Assembly (NCBI GenBank): GCA_965202585.1
Contig: OZ241830.1
Coordinates: forward strand, 69,936,001 to 70,000,000
Direction of reading: 5' to 3'
From: Thalia democratica
Lineage: Eukaryota
Length of the DNA stretch: 64,000 nt
Shown here in pieces: positions 37,856 to 50,200 of the stretch. Positions within the stretch are counted from its first letter, which is position 1. The number at the start of each line of letters is the position of its first letter. A program made the position numbers and the translations under genes. The notes under the pieces are model-generated. The model was given only the letters and a program-made list of their open reading frames with translations. It was not told the DNA's origin and made no database searches.

Positions 37856-40149
37856 CATCGTGGTTACTAAGCAACATATCACTAAGCAACATATCGACTC
37901 GAATGTAATTAAGTGCATTTATGTATTCTGTTTGCTTTTTGCGGATTCAAAACTACTAAATCTAATGCAAAATGTGGTAAATATGGCTTCGTTCACTCTC
38001 TTAAGAAGTCTAGTTTACTACAAAATAAAGCAATTCTCAGTACTGAAAAATTGAAAACATTGCAATTTTGATTAAAATAAATACTTACAAAAACTAGATT
38101 TGTTTTTATAAAATATTTTGATAATTATCTAAACTCAACAGTTTAATCTGTTGAAAAAATACTGAAATAGTCAGATTAAACCGAACGTTTTAAATAATTT
38201 TAATAATAAAAACTCATTTATATAAGTGATGCTAATGAGAAAGCTATTTTTGTAATTTGTCAGTCGCCAAACGAAAATCTTTATGTAATCTTATTGTTTG
38301 TTTGTGATCGGTTGCTGTTTGATCTAATGTGGATGCAAATATACTATTAGAGTACTTATGAGATACTAAGTAGGCAATAAAAATAAACGGGTCAAATTGA
38401 AACACACGGTAAAATTTATATTTTTATAAAAGTTGTTTATCATATATTAAATTTTACTTATAAATTACACTCTGATAAAACTGAAATCTAATATTAAATT
38501 GACCTGCCGGATATTAAATTACCAGAGTCAGCCGATGTTGGATGTGTCATTACAAAACTCAAAATTTTTTATGGAAGAAATTATCACATTTACGGTGAGC
38601 AAATGTTTTATAATGACTTTTATGTTTTAATTTTTTTAAATACTTGCTTTTGTTTTTTAAATATTTTTGTAAGTACAGCTTTAACTGCTTGTATATTGTT
38701 TTACGCAGAGTAAAAAGTTGAATTTATGTCAAATGTGTAGCAGTTTTTTCCAAATTTGTTCAAAATAACAGTGAAACTGGCCGGCTCGCTAATGTTCAAA
38801 ATCAGCTCGCGAGCCTTTTAATTTTGCGCTCAAAGCTTACAATATTTTTTTATAAATTTTTAGATATCTACTGCTTGCTCGTGATTTTAATTATTGATTT
38901 TGCAAAATAATAAAAACTCCCGTAAGAATTGATACTGATTAAGTTTTTTGAAAAGTATTTTAAAACTAAAAATAAGCATTTTGAACACAACCTTTTATCT
39001 GTATAAATACGTTTTCACGGGAAGTGTCTGCCTAATAAAAGCTATTAAAGAGAAAGATTACTGTATAACTTGTTAAATATTTGCAAACTTTGAAAAATCT
39101 TTTTTATTTAAGATTAGCAAAATTAAATTATACAAACCATTATAACCGGTCTAAAAATCTACTTCATAAAATTACACCAAAGTTTATTTAAGGCTTTAAA
39201 TGTAAATGATATTTGCGCAAAAATACTTCACACTGTATTATAATTAAAATTTCTAAGACTCAATTTTCTATAAACATAGATTTTTTGTCCAAAGTAGTGT
39301 TAAAAATAGAATTTAATTAAAATTATGCTTCTGTCTTTTTGAAAGTATTCTGTTGGCAACCACATATGCTTTTTTAAAACACAATAAATACTTATTAAGG
39401 ACGTATAAATCTTGTTTACAAATATTTTAAAGAGAATTTACTTTAATTTCATTATTAGTGTAGTAACAACTTTGGTCGAGAATATCAATTCTTTTGAAAG
39501 GAGTAAAAACAACTATTTATTATTAAATCAAGTTATTTGATAAAGAATTGTATGACATAAATTATACTAAAAGAAAACAGCTTACAACTTAAAAACATTT
39601 TTAAGACTTATAGAAATTAAATGAATCCTTTAAGGATAAAAAAAAGTAACAAAGCACTTTAAAGATTTCAAGAAAGTTAGTTATAGCTAGAATTGTAATT
39701 TTATTTTAATTTTTTTTTTATTATTAGATATAATTTTTTTTTAGGATAAAACATTTGTGTATACAAAAAAAAACTTTAACGAATGTATTTTAGCAACGGT
39801 CGATAATAATTTATAGACAAAAATGATACTTACGGTTTAGTCAATTTATTAAAAGTATTTATCAGTTAATTTAAGTAGTACAAAAAGCTGACAAAAACTT
39901 CAATTACTAATTTTATTGACTCATATCTTTAGACATATCTAAATGTCAATGATAAATAGCTAAAATAAATTTAAATTCTATAAACATTTTATTATAGTAA
40001 TGTATTAAAATAAAATTTAAACAAAATATTTTTTTATTGCGTTTAAACTAACAGAGGAATTACAAAAAAACAAGAAACTAAAAGTTACAAAAATCTCTAA
40101 TAAAATTACAGTTATTGAAATTAAATACAGTTAAATTAAATTTTGTTTT

Positions 40150-41121
40150 TTAAATCATTGGGACCTTAACGCATATGATATATTCGAAATTTTTCATCTT
40201 TATCGGAGTTTTCAAACTAAGTAGATTGTTTTTTACATCATAACTGAGTACATCAACTTTCTTGTAATGGTCTTGGAAGAAATATACCTTATAAATAATG
40301 TTGATTACGTGATTACCTGGACTCCATCCCCATTTAGGAGTGTCTTTAATATACTTAAACTTTCTTGTAACACTATCAAACACTTCAAAATAGCCACTAC
40401 TACCTCCAATCATAAACATTTTGTTGCCAATACTAATTGCAGCATGATTGCTTCTTGGTGATAACATGTCAGGAAAACAGGACCATTTATTTTCATGAAA
40501 GTCATAACTTTCAACTGAATTTTGTTTTTTGATAACAAATAAACTACGAACCGGCCGACCCTCTGCTTCAACTGAGATTTGATCGTTTTTCTTTGAACCT
40601 CCTGAAACAATAATTTTGCCTTCAAAAACTGTACAAGCTGCATTTTCCCTACTTTTTTTCATAGATTCTACAGAAGTCCATTGGTCACGTTGAATATCAT
40701 AAAACATACAATAGCTCTTGTAACTAGTTCCACTGATAACAAACACCTTTTGCATGAAGGCACATACATAGTAAGGTGGATATAGTTTTTTTAATGCAGG
40801 TAACATTTTCCACTTTTTTGTGAAAGAAGAATACTTTATAACGGCGGAGGAACTGCGATCTTCAAGCCAAGCTAATACAAAAATATCAGAACCACTAGAA
40901 GTTGCTTTAAGACCATATTCAGGTATAGGCAGACTAGGAAGGTACATTTTAGTGTCAAATTTGTTCAACAAAAAAGGTTTATTGTTTGATTTACCTTCGC
41001 CATACATTTTACCACTAAACACAGCAATACTAAAGTCTTCTTGATCACAATATCTATTTTGATACAAAACAGAAAACTGATCACTTAAACTTCTGCTAAT
41101 TTTTTTGAAACTGAATACCAT
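40150..41121 (-). CDS. Intronless kelch-repeat (beta-propeller) protein, 323 aa, no BTB/BACK domain visible
   Basis: Uninterrupted ORF with kelch motifs: SMKKSRENAACTVFEGKIIVSGG...VESYDFHENKW; DMLSPRSNHAAISIGNKMFMIGG...FEVFDSVTRKF; FMQKVFVISG...FYDIQRDQW. Confidence 0.85.
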   Translation of the reverse strand: MVFSFKKISRSLSDQFSVLYQNRYCDQEDFSIAVFSGKMYGEGKSNNKPFLLNKFDTKMYLPSLPIPEYGLKATSSGSDIFVLAWLEDRSSSAVIKYSSFTKKWKMLPALKKLYPPYYVCAFMQKVFVISGTSYKSYCMFYDIQRDQWTSVESMKKSRENAACTVFEGKIIVSGGSKKNDQISVEAEGRPVRSLFVIKKQNSVESYDFHENKWSCFPDMLSPRSNHAAISIGNKMFMIGGSSGYFEVFDSVTRKFKYIKDTPKWGWSPGNHVINIIYKVYFFQDHYKKVDVLSYDVKNNLLSLKTPIKMKNFEYIICVKVPMI

Positions 41122-41820
41122 TTTTTCAATATAATGCTGACAAAAAACTTTATCAACAGTTAAAACCTGTAAAAGTTAACTTGTATGTTTACATAAATAG
41201 ATTTAATAAAATTTTATTAGTTTAAAACTACTCAAATAAATTAAATGATTTGCTTTTTGAATTAAGTAAGTTTAATATCATAGAAAATACTTTAAGTCTA
41301 AAGATAATTTTTTTTAAAGGGGTAGCACATTATTAGTATTTTAAAAACGTAAAAATAAAACATTTTTATTGTTTAGCTACAGTTTCTTTAAGTATGCGAA
41401 AAAAGATTTGAATGTAAGTTTCTTTTAATATTTCATTTATTGATAAAGAAAATATCCAAATATTTGTAACTTCCTTAAAAAATTATTAATATATTAAGGC
41501 ACTTATCTTTTAAACTTAATTTTAAAGCTATAAAAAAAAATGTAATTTGTAAAAAAAAATCAACTTGTTTTAGAAATAACATAAAAGGTTACTACTTATA
41601 AAATCTTAAGATAATTTAAACTGAGTGCTGTATAGTTTTTTATTTGTTTATTTTTATGAATATAATACTAACCATGAGTTGTTAACAATAAAAAAAATCA
41701 TAAGCTAAGAAGTAATAAAATAGTAGCAACATAAATATATAAGCTTATCATTATTGATTGAGTGCATTTAAATCTTTGTAAATATTTCAGCAATCTGGTA
41801 CAAAAATATTAAGTTATTAT

Positions 41821-42200
41821 AATGGGCGAACTAAACTTACTCAAAGGCCGCAGGCCTGATTCGATCCTTGGAAAGAAACTGACCATCCCGCCAATGATTA
41901 CAAACCTAAAGAGAAATCCGACCTTAAAAACATAAAAATACAGCCTGCGTTTAAATCTGGACTGATGAACTAAAGTTTGAGGTTTACACTAGATATCCTG
42001 GAATTAAAGAAAAGAAAAAAATCTTTTTAAAATAGATATCGGGAAACTTGAAACTTACTTTACATATAGTAAACAAAAGATTACATATAATTAATATATA
42101 ATAATTTAATAATATTTGTGAGTTCAATAAGATTGAAATGCTTCAAACAGCCAAATATTTTTTACATCTGGACCGCCGACTAAAAACGTTGCCAGCTCGA
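41821..42200. mobile_element. Possible decayed hAT-type MITE
   Basis: GC-richer ends (ATGGGCGAACT...GGCCGCAGGCC; reverse complement GAGCTGGCAACGTTTTTAGTCGGCGGTCC) loosely resemble hAT MITE termini. No TSD seen. Confidence 0.25.
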
Positions 42201-44117
42201 ATACCAATATTTACATTAGTTTTAGCTAATCAATCCATCATTTTTGTTAATAAGTCTTTGAATTAGTATGTAAAAAAACTATTTCATTTTTTTATTAAGT
42301 TTCATAAAAGATATTTCACTACAGATTATTATGATTATATGATAGATAACTTAGAAATTTATTCAATTATTATATATATTAACTATATCTGATCTTTTAT
42401 TTTAAACAATTTATACTTTTCTAGCTTATTCAATGAAAGTGTAGTTTTAAAAAAAGTTTCTTTATAATTCAAAATTTTTATTGATTTATTTTGTAAAAAC
42501 AACAAAAAAAGATTAGTTTTCTGAAACTGAAACGAAAATTAATTTAACATAATAGATTGTTTTGATTTATCATTTACTTAACTTTTATTAATTTTCATTA
42601 ACTAAAGTCATTTAACAGTCTAGGTTTCGTAAAAAGATATTAAAAGACTTTTGTGAAAAAGATTTCAAGAAACCCTGACAAACTGCTTAAAATATACGTT
42701 GCTTTTGTAATTGATTGTGTTTAATAAATTTATTCAGTACGCCTAAGTTGTAATAAATACTTTATGCTGTGTTATGCTGATCATTTTAAAATGTTTAAAT
42801 TTATACAGGCAAAGAGCTTTTATAGACAATACAAGCAGCTCGTCAATAACTCTAAAACTTTAATATCCAGCTGCAGCATCGAAACTGGGCGATATATTTA
42901 TTTATATTACATTCTAAAACTAAAGTAAAATCAGAAATCATTAATCTTCTCGCTTTAGTTAACACATGTTATCAATCATTCGGGTGTCATTAATAATGTT
43001 GTCTAAAAATGCACCTAAGTGCTAAATGACAGTCTTTGATATGATATATAATTCAATTAACCTTCGACAAAAATAATCGTAACGATATTTCAGCCATCCT
43101 ATGAAAGTTTAGTACTAAATCTTAAACTTAAACTTGAAATTTTTTAGTATATTTTAGACATATGAACTGCTATTAAAAAACAGGTTTGAGTGTCAAATAA
43201 ATATAAAACTTAAAATTTTTGCAAGTTTGTGAAACAATTTTTTTTAAAGATTTTCTCTTATTTAGCTGACTTTAACACCAAAAATATTAACTTTAAGGAA
43301 TTTTCAATCTAGGTAATACTATATGTGATATTTATATATTTTCAAAAACATTACAAAAAAATATGATAAATCAGAGTTATTGTAAGGTATTTACTTTGTA
43401 CTGCATTTCTATATTATTAATCGTAATACATATGTATGATTTAAATAATAAAAAGCAAAACAGACAGAATAACTTTAAATACTCAAAGAAAAAATCACAC
43501 GTACTGGTTGCTCATTTTCATTAAAAAATACTATTACTTTTCTTTTTGCAAAAATTTCACCTATTAAGTTCGTAAAACTTTAAGAAAAAATAAACTAAAT
43601 TTTGTGTTAGAATATATTTCATTTTATGTTATTTTATCTTAAAATTTGTAAGAAACTGTTGCTTAAGTAATTATTTTCAAATAAAGTAAATCGTATGTAA
43701 AACAACTTCTTCTAAATATAAGACAATCTAATGAAAACAAGTGTCATTTGAATTATTTAAATAGCTTTTTAAAGGTTTTGCCAAAAAGTAGTTGGAAATA
43801 AAAGTTAAAATTTATCTACAAGCTGTTTTATAGTCTTTTATTGAAAACTTGATTTAATTTATTTTTCATTAACAGGTTAGTTAATTCTGTAAATTAGCTT
43901 AAAAGTAATGAATTATAATTTATAATTTTTATATTTTACAATCTAGTTGTGTTTTTTCACTTAAGTATATAAACTAAATTGAAATATTTTTAAAAGAGCG
44001 ACAAAAGCTGTCGAATGAAAATTCCTAATTCGAAAAAGAGCAAAAAAAAAATCATTCAAAGCAAAATATGTGACAATCAAATAAAAAATGCAGTTCCAGC
44101 ATTGCTTCTCAAACATA

Positions 44118-44238
44118 TTATGACGTCACAACTAGCTGCAAATCGTGGTGGAGAAGAGTAGCGCAGAAGATTGTGGAGAGATCGTAGTTGTGGGAGGATA
44201 CGGAGGGGATGCTGCAAACCTCCGAGCAATCAGACAAA
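44118..44238 (-). CDS. Isl: Islet C terminal exon (5'-truncated, altered C-terminus)
   Basis: Acceptor TACTAAATAG|T, phase 2. [22 protein letters not shown] matches B. The first ~11 codons of the B exon are missing, and a 14-nt deletion shifts the end to DLQLVVTS*. Confidence 0.6.
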
Positions 44239-47200
44239 CTATTTAGTACAGCTAGCTACTTAAATTATAGCTGATTTAGTATATAGTTTAATGCACATAC
44301 TACTTATGAAAAAAAGTTAAAAAGGAAAAACTTAATTAAGTCATTTATTACAAATTATTGAATATTACGCATCAAAAATAACGCACATAGTGACATTATA
44401 AAACTTAGTAAAGCTTGAACCAATTTTATAAAATAAAAGTGGTTTTAATAAAACAAAAAAAAGAATAGCTTTTTTGACAAGCTACTTAAGTTGAAGATGC
44501 ACAACAAACGTTTTTAGCTTTCTACTGAATACGAGTATTAAATGAAGCTTAAAAAATTATAGTTTTTAAAATATCATCTACAAGTCTGATGCTATCCTTT
44601 TTTGTTTATTTTAGTAAACAAACTTTTTTTTATAATTTTCTTTATACAACAAACTGTGGTATCAGATCGCGTGTGATGAAATAAGAATTGATCAGTTTAC
44701 TCTGTTTCTAGCTTCATGAAAATTGAGCACTTTGTTTGCTTCTTAGTTAGTTTTTACCAAGAAATTTCGTGCAAGAAATGTGAAAAGATTAAAGGTCAAA
44801 CGTGGCAAATCATTAAGAATAAGAAATTCAACATCTCAGTTGTTGAACACTGATCGATAATATCATTAATACTTAAAAAGGTTAAATCGCCAACTATTAT
44901 TCTGCTCTGTTTTAAAGCCATTAACACAAAAAGGCGTTTTAGTACATTTTGCTTTTTGGCGTAATGTAGTGTTTTTCAGCCACTTTTTTCCATACAAGAT
45001 ATAACTAAACCCAAGTTAACTACTTCCGTAACCCTTTTATCTTTGTAATCAACAACTTATTGAGACAAGTGGTTTAGATTGTTATTTAAACTTAAATGTA
45101 AAAAACATAGGCATAAATTATTACTGCTAAATTTAAAAGTAATTACTACTTCTGTAACTATTCTAAGACCACTTTAACTTGTTTGATCTGTTTGGTTTTG
45201 CCTGCTACTGATAAAATTTTTAAACACTTTTATTTCATAGTTATGTTAATAATTTAAATTTACTTGTTTTTAAAATGATTATCAACCATCAAGCCTGCTG
45301 CTTTTGTTGCTCGCAACTCTGCTGCCCTCTTAACAACAAGATTAATAATGTTACTTTTTTCCAATATATTTTTCATAATGAATATAAGTGTTTTAAATTT
45401 GGTTTAACTATTTTAAGCTATCTGGTTTGTATGAAGTATAATATGTATTAACAAAAAGTATATTATTTTTATCTTTAAATCTACAAAATTATACAGTCTT
45501 AATTGTGTGAAATATCCTTAACAACTTTTATATATTTAAAATAATCATCAAGCTAACCTGCTGCCTTTCTTCTTCGCCGTTCTTCATCTTCTGCTTCTGC
45601 TGATGCTTCATAGCGATCTTCTTGTCCTTGCACCGCTTGTTCTGGAACCACACCCTGATGACTCTTTGAGGAAGTCCCGTCATCGTGGTCAGCTGCTCCT
45701 TCATGATGGCGTCGGGTCTGCAGTTGTTCTCGTAGAAGGTGTGCAGCACCGTCAGCTGCTTCTCGTTCAGCACCGTCCTCTGTCTCGTCGTCTTCCCCTT
45801 GTTCTTGTTCGATCTTGCTGAGTGTCCTGATTCCTTGCCGATGTGTCCTCCCCTGTTTATGCAACCTGAGTGCTCTGAGTTGATGTTCTGTCCTAGAATT
45901 AAATGGTCCGGGTAGGCATCTGTAAATTTTAAGTAGTTAAAGTTTAGGTAACTATAAAACAGTCTATAAAATTTAACTTGAGATAAGCTTTTATGCTTTT
46001 GTCTGTAGGTTATTTTATAAAATAACTTATTTTGTTAAAATAAGAAGTACACGTTAAAACTATTTCTCTGTTGTAAAAGCACTATAAAACTGTTGTTTAA
46101 AACATGGATGTCTAATAACTAAAAAAAGTATACTTAAAATTACTTTAAAAAAACAGAAGAACCGGTGCATATTAGCTCAACTTTTTCACGTAGAAAATGG
46201 CGTATAACGATTAAAGCATATTTTGAATTTCATCATAATCAATTTGAAACTTAAAATATACTTTGGCACAAATTTTAACAAATTAAAAACTAATTTTAGC
46301 TTTGTATTCTTTAATACTCTGTAATGGTTTAAATAAGTATTTTTGTAAACAAAGCTATTAGAAATCAAAGATATATATTTTCATTAGCAAAAAGCCAAAA
46401 ATCCAACCTTTTGTATAAATAAGTTTAATTTGATCTAAAATTCCGATAAGTCCAATTGTTTCGACTGCAGCAGTTAACCAGGTTAAATGACTTTTCTTTA
46501 AACCTTTACCCATAGCAAGTTACTTTATAAGCTGCGACTTGATTTTATCTTTGTTTTAATAAATTAATTGCAGTTCAACGAGAAACTTTACTACTGTACT
46601 TAGGATGACATCTAAGTATGACAGCAAAAGTCACTTTATAAAACATTCACTTTTGTTGTAATGAATCTTTAAAGATGAATAGATAGGTGGGAACAGCATT
46701 TATTAGGTAACACTTTATGTGAGTTGCACCATTCTCAATTCATCGATTTGAGGTATTGAAGGTATTTAAGTTTTTTGTTTTAGAAAACCGCTTTTGCTTA
46801 GATTTTTAGTTTATAAACAATTTGAGGTTGTAAACTTTGGCTGAATTCAAAAAATAACAACGGTTTGTAAATGGAAAATAAAAAAACTCAAAATAACAAA
46901 AACTTAAATTTAATAATAAAATATTGCGTGCTATTATTTACTGTAACCTAAATTTTTAGAGTAATTTGTATCTTTGCGAATTGAAAAAAATAACAACTAT
47001 ATAGCTTTGTTTATAAAACTTTATGATAAATATTTTAAAACATTTATAAAAATCTAGTCGAATTTAAGTTCTATAAACTGTTTATTATCAAGTTTTCTCA
47101 AATATCGTGATTGAGAAAATAATGCGAACCTTTAATAAGCAAAGCAATGGTATTAATACAGCCAAGACTTAATAATGCATAATCGCGAGTTAAAACAGAT

Positions 47201-50200
47201 AATAAACAAAATGCAAAAATCAAAACATGAAAAAGCCAAAAATTCTTAACACTAGTGTGTTTCAACGATAAAAGGGGTATTAAAAGAGTAATCCTTTCAA
47301 GTTTTTTTTTGCGCAAAATCTGATTACAGAGTGCGAGGTTATTTGTGCGAGGTTAAGTAACAAAGATTATCCAATTATCGCACAGTAGCCGGCAGTTGTA
47401 GGAATTTTATATGCATAAATGATTTATGTTTCAGCTTCTAATATCTCATGCATTAGAGGTAAACAAGTGGTTAAAACGGTAACTTTGTATGATAAAGTTA
47501 CACAAACCCTTACTTTGTGGCTTAAAGTATTTTAATAACATGTTTCTAAACTGTATTTAAACTTAGATTATCTGTTCAAATTAGCTAAAAAATCTTTAAA
47601 TTTTTTAAATTAAGTCTAAATTATTTAACTGTATTTTTTGCAGAGGATATATTCTTAAATAAAAAACAACGCTGTTGAACTGTCTTTAAGTTCTAGGTAG
47701 AACAAGCATTTTGCTACAACTTGTTTTTTATTCACAAAACATTTTAATGCGGTAATAACTATGTTTATATACATAAAAATAAATTAAAATAACACGCTGA
47801 ATTAAAATAATTTTATCAATTAAACTGTATAATGTATGAATATAAATTAGAGATCGCTTACTAATAATTCTGTTGTCATCTGTTGAACTGTTAAAAATTC
47901 TTTCGTAATCTCTTATGCAGTAGATACTTCCATCTTCGTTACACACGAATGAATCTCCTGGTATCAGTTGATTATGACAAGCGTAACATCTGTTTAGTAG
48001 TAAAAAACATTTATTAATTACTGTCATTAAAATTTCATATATGCTGAACTACATTAAAAATAATATTATATATACTAGGTTTAACATAAAACAAGAATCA
48101 GTTTCAATAAAACTTTGTTTTAAAATAATTTGATTCTGGATAATGTTATATTTTATAATTATATGCACGTTATGGAAGTCTTGACTGTTTTATGGGTTAC
48201 AAAATATAGACTAAAATAGTTTTTAATAGTTCTCACTAACCTAAAACACTGAACGTGGTACTTTTTATCTCTTACAGACATCATCAAATCCCCCTTGACC
48301 AGTCCAAGTTTGCACTTTGCGCATTTTGGCGCAAATAAGCTGAAATTAATGATTGATTTTTAAGTTAGTTGTAAATATCGATCATGCAGCTAGTAACTCT
48401 TAAAAAATTTAAATTGGAGTTTTTATAATAAAAAAAAGCAATAAAATTGCTTTTAAAATACTTTAATTACAAGTATAAAAGCTAAAGCGTTTCGTAAACT
48501 GATATTAAAATTGCTGTTTTATAGACACAATATAAAAAATATAATCATTGTACATAAAATAACTAATTATGGGATGGTCCATAAAATCAAAGTTTTTCTT
48601 TTATAAATAAACGACGTTCTATAGTTCATTTAATAAAGTTTTAAGCGTTATTTAATAGACATAATTAGTGACATATTATCTTTGAGACTTTATTGAAAAG
48701 CTTAGGTTTTAATACTGTTACTAACAGTTAATTTAAAAAAACTCTACAAATTTTAAGCAAGTTGATAGTTTTTATAGTAACATTTTTGTTTAAGTAATTT
48801 AAGTTTTTAAGTGTATATTTAGGTTAATTTAGTTTTTCCTAACTTTTGCTTTATATGTTTTTACAATTGGGCGCTAAATGCTCAATATTTTTTTGGTATC
48901 AAAACTATATTATTAACACTCCCAGAAAAACTCATGTTAACCAGTTAAGTGAAATAAATACAAAGCATTAATACACTATTATGACGTAACAATACGCCAT
49001 TAGGTGCTTCTCTAAGCTTCCTGATAATGAGCTCCCGTAAGATTTCCTTGCTGCAACAAATGGCGACATTTTTACTTCTCCGGTGACGTTTTGTTACTTT
49101 GTACAGTTCGTTGAGTCTGTCTGCTTGTATTTGAAGGCACAAGTGTCGCAGACCGAATTAATAGAAATCAATCTTACTGATGTGACGTTATCCGCATTAC
49201 AACTTGGAAGCTGACCTCAACAGCTATTATGACGTAATAGTAAGACTTGAATTCAAGCTTTTCTTTTTAAAATTTTATTGAATAATTAATCAAATCTCCA
49301 TTAGTCTTGGACATGAAAACAAACTCTTTATAATTAAAGCTTATTTTTTGGGCCATGGTTTGACTCTTTAAATAAGTAAGTTCATGAATAATTAGAAATA
49401 AGAAAAAAAGTCTTATGTTAAACAACATGCGCCTCTTTCTACCTGAAATTTTTCAAAACTTTTAAAAAATTTCAATATGAAAAAATTGATATTCGGTTGA
49501 CTGCAAAAAAAAGACATGTAGAATCAGTGATAAGTAAGCAGAGTTTTTTGCAATCGATAACATATGTCGGCTGTCTCGGTTCAACCAGACAAAAACCACA
49601 ATTTCTTGTATTTTATGTTGTTATTACAAACCTGTTACTTTGCGGCTTTTCCTGTTTAATTTCGAATAAATTATAATAACTTTGGGCAAATACTTAAAAA
49701 GTTTTCAGGTTTTTAAATTTGTTCGAGCATTTTGTATACATTTATTAATTCTAGTTTGTTTTTGGATATATTGAAAAGCATGAAAAATAATAAACGAATC
49801 CTAATTAGTTGCATCCACTATTAAGAAACACTATTTTTCCACAAGTCACTACTCTACTTTTTTAATCTTATAAAAAATATCGAATTTTTCTCGCTTGTAG
49901 ATTTTAATGTATTGATTACACCATCGCAAAACTAGCATATGGGAAAACTTCGCAAACTTGAACTTACGACCTTTAGTAGACGTGGAGTCATTCAGAATGA
50001 CGTCATTTGAATTTCCGACGGCAGTAAGCTGAGTTGCAAATCAAAATCCGTTTATTTATTGTTTTAGAGGCTGTAAGAACAAAATAAAAACTCATTTATT
50101 TTACTCAACTTGTAATTAGTTATACAAATATCACTAAACGCTTTATAATACTATTTTCAATGTCTTAAAATATCAAAACTGAAAACTTTTTGCTGTTGAT

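Noticed and set aside
45553-45864. Alternative-frame and antisense ORFs over the homeobox (45553-45864 minus, 45603-45821 plus)
   Set aside because: Expected by-product of high GC3 in the true frame; no independent signal.
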